Below, piece after piece: positions 37,255 to 46,533 of a stretch of 64,000 bases of DNA. Numbering within the stretch: the stretch's first letter is position 1; every line of letters starts with the position of its first letter. The stretch lies in assembly GCF_028368995.1 (NCBI RefSeq), contig NZ_JAQNDL010000002.1, positions 1,344,001 to 1,408,000 of the forward strand, given 5' to 3'. The notes beneath the pieces are model-generated. The model saw only the letters and a list, made by a program, of their open reading frames with translations, was not told where the DNA came from and did not search any database. This DNA is from Nannocystis bainbridge. GTDB lineage: Bacteria; Myxococcota_A; Polyangia; Nannocystales; Nannocystaceae. The position numbers were made by a program, and so were the translations under genes.

Positions 37255-40200
37255 CGCAGGAGCTCCTCGTAGTAGCGCTCGACCGAGCCGCGGAAGCCCT
37301 CCGGCGCGCGCTCCTTCATCGCCTCCATCAGCTCGTCGCGGAGCGAGCGGTCGCGCTCGGTCTCGGTCGAGACCTCGTCGGGAGGAGAGGTCGTCTGCGG
37401 CGCGGACGAGCTGTCGCGCAGGCTGTCGAGCGCGCGCTGGAGGCCGCCGAGGGCGCCGCTCTGGCGCTCGAGCGCCGGGCCGCCGCGACGCTCGCCGAGC
37501 GCGCCGCTGCTGCCCTCCATCTCCGAAATGGCGCCGCGCATGGCCTGCTTGCCGGGGTCGGGCAGATGGCGGGCGTTGGGGCTCTCGAGCACCTGCGCGG
37601 CGCGGGCCCGCAGGCCCTGCTGCTTCTGCGAGAGGCCGTCGAAGCGGGCCTGGGCGGCCTCGTCGAGGCCTTCGGTCGGGGTCGGGAGCTGGGCCTCGAG
37701 CAGCTTGCGCAGGGCGTCGCCGCGCTCGCGCAGCGGTCCGAGCTGCCGGCGCTCCTGCGAGTCGGCGCCCGCGCCGGCGACGGCCCGCTCGAGCGCCTGG
37801 GCGGCGGCCCGCGCGGCCTCGGCGGTGGCGAGGGCCTTGGGCTCGCTCGCCTGGGCCTCGGCGGCCACGCGCTGCAGCTGCTCGCGGGCGTCCTCGAGCG
37901 CGCGCCGGCCATCGCGGCCGAGCCGGGCGTCGTTGATCGCGTCGAGCGCCTTGCCGAGCGCGGCGGCCTGCCTGGCGGCCTGCTCGGCGGTCGTCTGTTC
38001 GAGGGCGCGGGTCTGGGCCTGCTTGCGCCACTGCTCGTGGAGCGACCGACTCTCGCCGCGCAGGCCAGTCTCCTCGTCCTGGATCCGGCTGATCTCTCGC
38101 ATCAGCTCCATGCGCGCCCGCTCCTCGGGCGTCATCGCGGCCCCTGGCCCCGAGGCCATGCGGTCCTGGACGCCGGAGCGCAGCTGGCGGAGCTCGTCGA
38201 GCACGCCGCGGGCGCGGTCGAGGGCGCCGTCGACGTCGCCCTGGCGCAGCTGCTCGCCGACGTCCTGCTGGCGCAGCTGCTCGGCCATCGACTCGAAGGC
38301 GTCGGTGTTGAGGAATTCCTGGCCGAGCTCCTTGTCGAGCTTGGACCGCGCCTCCGACAGTCGGCGCAGGTCCTCGCGGATCCGCTGCTGCAGCTGATCG
38401 ACTTCGCCGCGCACGCTCTCGTCGCCGGCCTTGAGCCGCTCGAGCAGGTCGACGAGCTTCTGCTGCGAGGTCTGCAAGCGGGCCACCAGCTGCTCGATCT
38501 GCGCCAGCAGCTGGTTGTCGACCAGGTCGTCGAGGCGAATGACCTCGTCCTCGAGCTGGGTCAGCTGCAGGCGATTGGTGGCAGACAGCTTGCCGAGGAT
38601 CCGCGCGGCGGCGTCGGGACGCTCGGCCTCGGCGCCCGGGGGGAGCTCCTCGTGCTCGGCCGACTCGCGCCGATGCAGCTCCATCAGCCGCTTGTGCACG
38701 CCGACCAGGACGGCGACGTCGCGCGGCGGCGCGAGAGTGTCGACGGACAGCGCGTCGATCGCGGTGCTGATCGCGGCCAGCAAACCACCCGAGGCGGCCA
38801 GGAGCTCGCGCATGCCGGCGACGCGACGCGCGGGATCGCCGTCGTCGACGGGCGCGGCCTGATCGTCGGCGCGGATCAGACCTGGCTCTTCGGTCAGCAT
38901 GCGGCGCGCCAGGAGATCGACGGCGGTGTCGCGCAGGGCGGCCAGGTGGGCGAGGTTCTCGGCGTGCTCGGTCTCCTGATCGCGGATCGTCAGGGTCATC
39001 TTCGCCGAGCGAGCGACCTTGCCGGGCGGATCGGCGAGCGGCACGAGGCCGAGACCGGGGTCGTTGTCGCGGACCTCGATCCAGTAGGTGAGTCGCCCGC
39101 GATCCTCGACCGGCAGCGAGGACAGGTCCCAGGCGTAGCGGTGCTGCCAGGTGCGGGCGCGGGCCGGCGGAGCGCCGGCATCGAGGCGCACGGGCTGTTT
39201 GTCGCCGCCCTCGAACACGAGCACCGCGCTGGCGATGCCGAAGTCGTCGCGGGCCTTGAAGCGCAGCTCGACGCTGTCGAGCTCGCTCGGGGCGCTCTGC
39301 GAGCGGGGCAGGGGCAAGAGCTCGATCTCCGGCGGCTCGTCGGCCTCGAGCTCGAGCGGAGCCGGGGCGGACCGGGCCGGCCCGTCGCCGTCCTCGGGCG
39401 TGACGACGATGTGCCAGCTGCCGGCGCCGCGCACGACGAAGCGGCCGCGCCACTTGCCGTCTGTCTCTCGGGACAGGTCGATGCGCTCGGGCGCGGGCGG
39501 CTCGGACAGCGGCCCCTGGTCGTAGCTGAGGATTACGTGCACGGCGCTGGCGGGCCGCCGCGTCTCGAGCTCGACCTCGGTCTCGGTGCCGGCGAGGGCC
39601 CGCACGGCGCCGCTGGGGTTGATGAGCTGACGCGGCACCCGGCCGCTGTACTCGGGGTAGCGCAGGGTGAGGCTGAGGGCGGACCAGACCGGCGCGGGCG
39701 GGGCCGGCGGGCGCCCGTCCTCGGCGGCTCGGATCAGCTCGAGCCCGCGCGCGAACTCGGGGTAACCCGCGAGCACGGCCGCGAGCAGGGCCAGCAGCGC
39801 GGTGGTGAGCGCAGGGACGCGGAGGTTGGCGGGCGGCGCCGCGAGGTCCGGCCGGGCTTCGCTGAGCGACCACTCGACCTGCCGCACGTAGGCCGTGGCG
39901 AGGTCCTGAGACCCGAGGTGACCGCCCGGCCCGGCGAGCAGGAGTTCGGTGGCCCCGAGGATCTCGCGGCGCAGCGAGCTGTCGGAGCGCAGAAAAGGTG
40001 ACGCCTCGCGGGGTCGGCGCGTGAGCGCCCCGCGGAATTGGGCTATGGTAAGCGCCGTCCGATGGGGAGTCCCAGTCAGTGCGAGGATCCGACGCCACGC
40101 GCGTCCGAACAGGGCCAGCAGCGTGACGACGGCGCCGGCGAGCCAGCCGGCCGCGGCGAGATCGCCACGCAAGGTCCAGCCCGCGAGCCCGGCCGCGACC

Positions 40201-40319
40201 ACGGCCAGAGCCAGCAAGAGGGCGACGCAGTGGAGCGCCGCCGCCGCGAGCTCCCGCCGTCGCACGACCCGGCGAACGGCTGCCAGAAACTCGAGCAGAG
40301 GCGGGGGACGGACGTTCAT
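37251..40319 (-). CDS. DUF4175-like membrane-anchored coiled-coil protein
   Basis: N-terminal TMs, YPEYSG, ARDDFGI, YWIEVRDND, long Gln/Glu/Arg coiled coil, terminal VERYYEELLR. Confidence 0.8.
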   Translation of the reverse strand: MNVRPPPLLEFLAAVRRVVRRRELAAAALHCVALLLALAVVAAGLAGWTLRGDLAAAGWLAGAVVTLLALFGRAWRRILALTGTPHRTALTIAQFRGALTRRPREASPFLRSDSSLRREILGATELLLAGPGGHLGSQDLATAYVRQVEWSLSEARPDLAAPPANLRVPALTTALLALLAAVLAGYPEFARGLELIRAAEDGRPPAPPAPVWSALSLTLRYPEYSGRVPRQLINPSGAVRALAGTETEVELETRRPASAVHVILSYDQGPLSEPPAPERIDLSRETDGKWRGRFVVRGAGSWHIVVTPEDGDGPARSAPAPLELEADEPPEIELLPLPRSQSAPSELDSVELRFKARDDFGIASAVLVFEGGDKQPVRLDAGAPPARARTWQHRYAWDLSSLPVEDRGRLTYWIEVRDNDPGLGLVPLADPPGKVARSAKMTLTIRDQETEHAENLAHLAALRDTAVDLLARRMLTEEPGLIRADDQAAPVDDGDPARRVAGMRELLAASGGLLAAISTAIDALSVDTLAPPRDVAVLVGVHKRLMELHRRESAEHEELPPGAEAERPDAAARILGKLSATNRLQLTQLEDEVIRLDDLVDNQLLAQIEQLVARLQTSQQKLVDLLERLKAGDESVRGEVDQLQQRIREDLRRLSEARSKLDKELGQEFLNTDAFESMAEQLRQQDVGEQLRQGDVDGALDRARGVLDELRQLRSGVQDRMASGPGAAMTPEERARMELMREISRIQDEETGLRGESRSLHEQWRKQAQTRALEQTTAEQAARQAAALGKALDAINDARLGRDGRRALEDAREQLQRVAAEAQASEPKALATAEAARAAAQALERAVAGAGADSQERRQLGPLRERGDALRKLLEAQLPTPTEGLDEAAQARFDGLSQKQQGLRARAAQVLESPNARHLPDPGKQAMRGAISEMEGSSGALGERRGGPALERQSGALGGLQRALDSLRDSSSAPQTTSPPDEVSTETERDRSLRDELMEAMKERAPEGFRGSVERYYEELLR

Positions 40320-40468
40320 GAGGGCCGGCGGGGGCGTCGGTCGCTCTTCGGTATATCTCCCTTAAACCACTTCGTCACGGTCCGGATCCGCCAGGCGCTC
40401 CGGCAACTCCCCCGCGCGCAGGCCGCACTCTGAATAGTGCGGCCGCGCGCCCGTAGAAGGACGCTCAC

Positions 40469-41134
40469 GTGGTTCCTCCAGAAGCCGACGACCAAGCCCT
40501 GGTCGAAGCGTGTCGCCACGGCGACCGGCAAGCCTTCCGCCTGCTGACGCAGCGCTACCAGCGCAAGGTCTACTCGATCGCCTACGGGTTCTTGCGCAAC
40601 CCGGAAGACGCGCTCGACGTCGTGCAGGAGAGCTTCATCAAGGTCCACCGGTACCTCCACAACTTCGAGGGCAACTCGAGCTTTTATACGTGGCTGTACC
40701 GGATCGTGACCAACCTCTGCATCGATCACATCCGCAAGAACCGGCGCCACAAGGAGCTCGAGTTCGACGACGGGCTGCGCCACGACGACGACGGCGACAC
40801 GGCGTTCGTGCCGCCGTCACCGCTCGGCGACCCCGCCAGCCTGGTGCAGCGGCGAGAGATCCTGGAGGCGGTGCAGGACGGGCTCCAGCACCTCAGTGAC
40901 AAGCATCGCGCCGTGATCGTGATGCGCGAGCTCCAGGGCATGTCGTACGAAGAGATGGCGCGCACGATGGGCTGCTCGAAGGGCACGATCATGAGCCGGC
41001 TCTTCCACGCCCGGCGCAACATGCAGCGCCTCCTCACCGAACGGCTGGGCTACGTGCCGAGCGGACCGACCGGCGGGGCCGATGAAGATTCCGACGCTGA
41101 GCGCGTCCCAGCACCACAACCCATGCTGCCATGA
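40469..41134 (+). CDS. ECF (sigma-70 group 4) RNA polymerase sigma factor
   Basis: [32 protein letters not shown]...[11 protein letters not shown]. Confidence 0.95.
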   Translation: MVPPEADDQALVEACRHGDRQAFRLLTQRYQRKVYSIAYGFLRNPEDALDVVQESFIKVHRYLHNFEGNSSFYTWLYRIVTNLCIDHIRKNRRHKELEFDDGLRHDDDGDTAFVPPSPLGDPASLVQRREILEAVQDGLQHLSDKHRAVIVMRELQGMSYEEMARTMGCSKGTIMSRLFHARRNMQRLLTERLGYVPSGPTGGADEDSDAERVPAPQPMLP

Positions 41135-41775
41135 CCGAGCCGCATTTCGACCCGCAGCAACTCAACGCCTACCTCGACGGCGAGCTTTCAGCGCCGGAGC
41201 GCGCCGATGTCGAGCGGCTGCTCTCGGCCAACCCGCAGGCCAGCGCCTACCTCGCCGGGCTGCGCGCGCTCCAGGGGGCCGTGGTCGCCGGATTCGAGGC
41301 CGAGGCCGCCAAGGTGCCCGAGGCGCGGTTCGAACAGATCTGGGACGAGATCGAGCGCACCCTCGACCGGGATCTTCGTTTGCAGAAGGCGCCGGAGCCG
41401 CCGCCCTCGCTGTGGGCGCGACTGCGCGGCGCGTTGCGCCCGGTGTTCGTGCCGGTGGCGTCGGTCGCGGCGGTGGCCGCGGTGGTGGTGGTGTTGTGGA
41501 GCGGGCGCGGCGCCGTCGAGGCTCCGGCGGACACGGCGCCGATGGTCGCGTCGAAGCCGGTCGCCGAGCAACCTGTTCTTGCGGACAGCTCGAAGCCGGC
41601 GCCCGAGGAGAGCGCCGTCGTGTTGCCCGAGCCGAACGGCGGACCGGCGCACATTCAGCGGATCGATTGGGGCGTCAAGTCGGGACGCATCAGCGAGATC
41701 GAGGGCAAGCGCAACACGACCACGGTGATCTGGATCTCCGACGACGACCCTAGCAGCAGTGAGCGTTCCTTATGA
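41131..41775 (+). CDS. Membrane anti-sigma factor
   Basis: [10 protein letters not shown]...VERLL anti-sigma domain lacking HxxxCxxC; single TM; coupled to the sigma gene. Confidence 0.85.
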   Translation: MTEPHFDPQQLNAYLDGELSAPERADVERLLSANPQASAYLAGLRALQGAVVAGFEAEAAKVPEARFEQIWDEIERTLDRDLRLQKAPEPPPSLWARLRGALRPVFVPVASVAAVAAVVVVLWSGRGAVEAPADTAPMVASKPVAEQPVLADSSKPAPEESAVVLPEPNGGPAHIQRIDWGVKSGRISEIEGKRNTTTVIWISDDDPSSSERSL

Positions 41776-42281
41776 TGTACAAGTCGATCACGAAGCGGCT
41801 GTTGGCCACGACCGTCGTTGCCGTCCTGCTCCCCGGCGTCGCCGGGACCACGTACCTCCTGCCGGACGTGGCGCACGCCGAGGTCAAGACGGTCGCCTGC
41901 AAGATCACCGCGTTCCTGGCCCAGAAGGACGGCGACGGCACCATCCCCGCGGACCTCAAGTTCCTCGAGGAGCAGCTGCACGACGACTCGTTCGCGGCCT
42001 TCAAGGGCTTCCGCTTGCTCGAGACCAAGGCGCTGCGCCTTGGCGTCGACAAGCCCGGCCTCGCGGCGCTCAAGTCGGGCTTTCAGCTCAAGCTCAGCCT
42101 GCTCGGCGAGGTCAACAACAAGCTCAAGCTGCACGCCAACCTGCTGGCGCCCGGCCGCGACGCGCCGCTCGTCGACACCGACTACGCGATCGACGACAAC
42201 GGCCTGCTGCTGGTCGGCGGCGTGCGCCACCTCGAGGGCAAGATCTTCTTCGCCCTCCAGTGTGGCAAGCAGCCGAGCTGA
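41772..42281 (+). CDS. Exported hypothetical protein, third gene of the ECF operon
   Basis: Signal peptide ending AHA; overlaps the anti-sigma stop. Confidence 0.8.
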   Translation: MMYKSITKRLLATTVVAVLLPGVAGTTYLLPDVAHAEVKTVACKITAFLAQKDGDGTIPADLKFLEEQLHDDSFAAFKGFRLLETKALRLGVDKPGLAALKSGFQLKLSLLGEVNNKLKLHANLLAPGRDAPLVDTDYAIDDNGLLLVGGVRHLEGKIFFALQCGKQPS

Positions 42282-42420
42282 CGCGACCGACGCCGCGTGA
42301 CCGCGCGAGTCCGCCTCCATCGCGGGGCGTCACCGCGCTCCGCGGCGTCCGCTCGTTTGCTCGGAGCGCGGGCGGGCGGTACTCTGAGCCGCCTTTTCGC
42401 CGCCCCCGGCGCGTTCGGCC

Positions 42421-44817
42421 ATGACCACCCCTGAGCCCACGAAGAGCCCGAGGCCCCGCTGGCGCCGCGTCGCCCTGATCGGCGGCTCGCTCGGCGTGTT
42501 GCTCCTCGGCGGGCTCGCGGTCGCGGTCGCCACGTTCCCGCGATGGGGCGACGAGTGGGTGCAGGAGCAGGCGCACGCACGCCTGCAGAGGATCGCCGGG
42601 GTCCCGGTCACGATCGCCAGGCTCGACCTCGTCGATTTCGACAGCGTGGTCGTCGAGGGCGTGGAGCTGAAGTTCGGGCCCGAGGCGTCGCTAGTGATCG
42701 ACCGCATCGAAGTCGGCCTCGAGCGCGACAAGCTGTGGTCCGGGCAGATCGTCGTCGACCGCGTGAAGGCCTTCGGCGGGCGCCTCACGGGCGACGGCGG
42801 CACGCTCCGCGAGTACGCCCGGGACCTGCGCGCGCGCCTGTCGCAGCGCCGCGAGGACGGCGAGGGTCGGGTCAAGCTGGTGCCGCCGAAGGCCAGCCTG
42901 GAGCGGCTGCAGATCGATCTGCAGGACGAGTTCGGCGGCCGCTCGCTGACGCTGCGCGGGGTGGCGGCGATCGAGGCGCGGCTGGCCGAGCGGACAGCTT
43001 CGCTGGAGCTCGCCGGGGTCGAGGCCGCGGTCGACGAGCGGACGCTGCGAGCGGTCGCGCTGACGACCAGGCTCGATCTGTCGCAAGGGACAGCCGGTGC
43101 GTTCCCGCTGACCTTGACGGTCGATCGCGCGGCCACGGCGATCACCCCGCAGATCGCGGTGGCGGAGATCCGCGGCACTGTGACGCTGGCCGACGCGTCG
43201 GTCAGCCGGGTGGCGCTCGACCTCGCGGGCGGCTTCTCCGACGAGGTGACGGGGGACGAGGAGCACGACGCCGCGGCCCCGCTGTGGGCGCTCGAGGGCG
43301 ACGTGGCCCGCGATCTCTCCGACGGCACCATCAATCTCGACATGGAGGCGTTCAAGCTCGGGCGCGTCCCCGACGTGCTCGCGCGCCTGCCCGTGATCGA
43401 GTCGGAGTCGGCGACGGTCGGCGGCGATCTCAAGGTGGCGTTCGCCGAGGGCAAGGCCAACGTCGTCGGCGACCTCGAGATCGCGGGGCTCAACGTCGAC
43501 CACCCGTTGCTCGCGCGGCAGCCGGTCCGTGGCCTGGGGTTCTCGCTCGGCCTCAAGGCCGACGTGGACCCGCGTGAGCGCGTGGTGAAGATCGAGCAGG
43601 CGACGCTGCAGCGCGGTCCGGTGAAGCTGACGCTGGCCGGCGAGTTCGTGCACGCCGACGATCCGGCCGCGCGCCACTACCGGGCCGATTTGACGATGCC
43701 GAAGGTCCGCTGCCAGGAGTTCCTCGGCGCGATCCCGGCCGAGCTCATCCCGAGTCTGCAGGGCTTCGAGCTCAAGGGTGACTTCGAGTTCGAGATCAAC
43801 GCCGATGTCGACTTCCGCGATCTCGAGGCGCTGGTGCTGACGGCCAAGCTCAAGCCGGAGACGTGCAAGCCGGTCAAGGTCCCGCCGCTGGTGTCGGCGA
43901 CGCGGCTCAACGGGCCGCTGGTGCACCGCGTGGCGATGCGCGACGGCACCGAGCGCTCGGTCGACGTCAGTGAGGGCTCGACCGACTACACGCCGCTCGA
44001 CCAGATCTCGCCGTACGTGCTGGCGGCGGTGACGACGACCGAAGACGGCGGGTTCTGGAGGCACAAGGGCTTCATCACCTCGCAGTTCCGGGCCGCGCTG
44101 CGCAGCAACCTCGAGGCCGGGCGGGTCCGCCTCGGGGCGTCGACGATCACCATGCAGATGGTCAAGAACGTGCTGCTCAGCCACGAGCGCACGCTCTCGC
44201 GCAAGATGCAGGAGGTGTTCCTGACCTGGTACGTCGAGCAATCGCTGACGAAGAACCGGATCATGGAGCTCTACCTCAACGTGATCGAGTTCGGGCCCGG
44301 GGTGTACGGCATCACCCGCGCGGCCTCGCACTACTTCGCCAAGGCGCCGCTCGATCTGACGCCGCCCGAGGCGGCCTACCTGGCGTTGATGCTCCCGAGC
44401 CCGGTGCGTCGCCACGTCCACTACTGCGAGGGCGCCCCTTCGCCGGCGTTTCAGGCCAAGCTCAAGCGGCTGCTGGCGATCATGCACGGGCGCGGGCGCC
44501 TCGACCCCGAGACGTTCGAGCAGTGGAAGGACGAGGGGGTGACGTTCGACGCGACCGAGCTGACGAGCAAGCGCGAGTGCATGGCCGAGGTCGACCGCCT
44601 GCTGGCGGCGTCGGCACAGCAGCGCTCGCTGACGGGGTTGCTCGACGACGGTCAGGACATCGTCGACCTGTCGCTCGACGCCGAGCCGCTGGCCGATGCG
44701 ACCGGCGGCAAGCCGAAGCCGCGCGGCCCGCGGGCGGGCTTCGAGGAGGCCACGCTCGAGGTCATCGGCGGCCTGGACGAGGGCGAGCCCGCGCGCCCGG
44801 TGAGACGACAGCCATGA
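42421..44817 (+). CDS. GT51 peptidoglycan transglycosylase with a long beta-rich N-terminal region
   Basis: EDGGFWRHKG, GASTITMQMVKN, RKMQE, YLN, GVYG; no transpeptidase motifs seen. Confidence 0.88.
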   Translation: MTTPEPTKSPRPRWRRVALIGGSLGVLLLGGLAVAVATFPRWGDEWVQEQAHARLQRIAGVPVTIARLDLVDFDSVVVEGVELKFGPEASLVIDRIEVGLERDKLWSGQIVVDRVKAFGGRLTGDGGTLREYARDLRARLSQRREDGEGRVKLVPPKASLERLQIDLQDEFGGRSLTLRGVAAIEARLAERTASLELAGVEAAVDERTLRAVALTTRLDLSQGTAGAFPLTLTVDRAATAITPQIAVAEIRGTVTLADASVSRVALDLAGGFSDEVTGDEEHDAAAPLWALEGDVARDLSDGTINLDMEAFKLGRVPDVLARLPVIESESATVGGDLKVAFAEGKANVVGDLEIAGLNVDHPLLARQPVRGLGFSLGLKADVDPRERVVKIEQATLQRGPVKLTLAGEFVHADDPAARHYRADLTMPKVRCQEFLGAIPAELIPSLQGFELKGDFEFEINADVDFRDLEALVLTAKLKPETCKPVKVPPLVSATRLNGPLVHRVAMRDGTERSVDVSEGSTDYTPLDQISPYVLAAVTTTEDGGFWRHKGFITSQFRAALRSNLEAGRVRLGASTITMQMVKNVLLSHERTLSRKMQEVFLTWYVEQSLTKNRIMELYLNVIEFGPGVYGITRAASHYFAKAPLDLTPPEAAYLALMLPSPVRRHVHYCEGAPSPAFQAKLKRLLAIMHGRGRLDPETFEQWKDEGVTFDATELTSKRECMAEVDRLLAASAQQRSLTGLLDDGQDIVDLSLDAEPLADATGGKPKPRGPRAGFEEATLEVIGGLDEGEPARPVRRQP

Positions 44818-46295
44818 TCCGTCGCGCTCTCGGTCTCGCTGTCTTTGTGGGCATGTCCCTTGGGACATCTCGTGCGTCGGCCCAGGAAGTGCTGATCGAG
44901 GCCGACGCCAGCCCGCGTCCGCCCGAGTACCAGGTGCGCAAGGTCCACGGCGACATCCGCTTCGGCGCGGGCTTCGGGTTCGTCGCCGAGGACCCGATCT
45001 TCAGCGCGGAGCCGTCGTTCGGCCTCGATCTCCGCGACATCGCGCCGGTGCAGCTCCGGCTCGGTGCGCCGGTCCGCCTCCGCATGTACGACCGCGACCC
45101 GGAGCAGGGGCCGGTGGTTCGCAACACCGAGTGGGACGAGGCGGGCGACTACCTGGCGATCCTGCAGCAGCTGCAGTACAGCGGCGACTATGTGTTCGGC
45201 CGCGAGGGCCGGGTGCTCGTCGATCTGCGCGTCGGCGACCTCCAGCGCGTGCAGGTCGGCCACGGCAGCATGGTCCGCGGCTACGCCAACAGCCTCGACC
45301 TCGATCGGCGTCGCAGCGGGCTCGACCTCGACGCGCGTATCGAGGGTCTCCTGCTCGGGCACGCCGCGGGCGCCGAGATCGCGTTCGTGGCCGGTGACCT
45401 CGCGGCGCAGCAGATCTTCGGCACACGCATCGCGGCCGACTGGGCTGGCGCGGCGCTCGGCTTCTCGGTGTTCGGCGATCCGTACGCTCCGCGCACTCTG
45501 GTGCCGTGGGACGGCCGCGGCGACGCCCTGACGGTCGACAACAAGAATCGCTTGCAGACCGACGGATCGCTCGGGGCGATGGCGATGGGCCTCGACCTCA
45601 GCTACCGCTGGACCGATCGCTGGCGGTTCCTCGTCACGCCGTACATCGATCTCAACCTCATGCCCGGGCTCGGCAAGGGCATGCACCTCGGGATCGACAC
45701 CGAGTTCATCCTCGGTCGTCGCCGGCGGGCGCGGCTCGGCGTGGTCGCCGAGCTGACCGTCGGCGATCGCGGCTACGATCCGACCTACTTCGACGTCTTC
45801 TATACGATGCAGCGCATGCAGGCGCAGTTCGTCGCGTACCCCGGCGACCTGCCGCCGGACTTCGCGACCACCGCGCTGCCGAAGTACAGCTTCGTGCTTC
45901 AGAACGACCTGAGCGGCGTCGGCGGGTACGGCGGGATCCGCTTCGCGCACGACGACGGCGCCTTCTTCGAGACCGGTTATCGCTACCGGCCGGGCCCGCT
46001 CGGGCACACCTGGGAGACCCGGCTCGGCATCGATCTCGAGGTGGTGCAGCTGTCGCTGCTGCACGCGCACCGGGGCAAGCTCGGGTTCGACATCATCGAT
46101 CCCGCGGGCACTCTGGCGCGCTTCGACCTCAACGTCCCGGTGCTGCGCTGGCTCGACGTGTTCGCCCAGGCGGGCTTCCAGTATCAGGTCCGTCGCGCGC
46201 CCGGAGAGTCGGCCGCGGCGCGTCAGCCTGCCGGCGGGTTCGTCGGCGGCGGCGGGCTCATGCTGCTCGGGGTCGCGGGCAAGTTCGGCTGGTGA
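44814..46295 (+). CDS. Probable outer-membrane beta-barrel protein
   Basis: Signal peptide, alternating beta pattern, terminal aromatic residue (GKFGW). Confidence 0.7.
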   Translation: MIRRALGLAVFVGMSLGTSRASAQEVLIEADASPRPPEYQVRKVHGDIRFGAGFGFVAEDPIFSAEPSFGLDLRDIAPVQLRLGAPVRLRMYDRDPEQGPVVRNTEWDEAGDYLAILQQLQYSGDYVFGREGRVLVDLRVGDLQRVQVGHGSMVRGYANSLDLDRRRSGLDLDARIEGLLLGHAAGAEIAFVAGDLAAQQIFGTRIAADWAGAALGFSVFGDPYAPRTLVPWDGRGDALTVDNKNRLQTDGSLGAMAMGLDLSYRWTDRWRFLVTPYIDLNLMPGLGKGMHLGIDTEFILGRRRRARLGVVAELTVGDRGYDPTYFDVFYTMQRMQAQFVAYPGDLPPDFATTALPKYSFVLQNDLSGVGGYGGIRFAHDDGAFFETGYRYRPGPLGHTWETRLGIDLEVVQLSLLHAHRGKLGFDIIDPAGTLARFDLNVPVLRWLDVFAQAGFQYQVRRAPGESAAARQPAGGFVGGGGLMLLGVAGKFGW

Positions 46296-46336
46296 TCATG
46301 ACATGTCCCTTCGTGACTGACCCTTCAGACAGGTAC
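46285..46336. repeat. 14-bp-phased array at a gene 3' end
   Basis: Cores at 46288, 46302, 46316, 46330. Confidence 0.7.
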
Positions 46337-46533
46337 TCGCCCACGCCCGGCGGGGGCGGCGAGCGTCAGGGGGTCGGCGGGCCTGACGCCGACGGCCGCA
46401 CGAGGCCGCGGCGGCCGCGAAACCGCCAGGAGATTGACAGGGCGGCGCACGCCGTGATTGGAACCATGCCGAGCGCGATGATCGGAATCAGGCAGCACGG
46501 CCCAGGAGTAAAGAGCGGCGGGGGGTTCACGTC

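Noticed and set aside
40402-40434. Autoregulatory ECF promoter (GCAACT...TCTGA) upstream of the sigma gene
   Set aside because: Spacing is about 20 nt rather than about 16, so it is not supportable
46434-46467. TTGACA upstream of PBP1A as a sigma70 -35 box
   Set aside because: No convincing -10 element at 16-18 nt spacing
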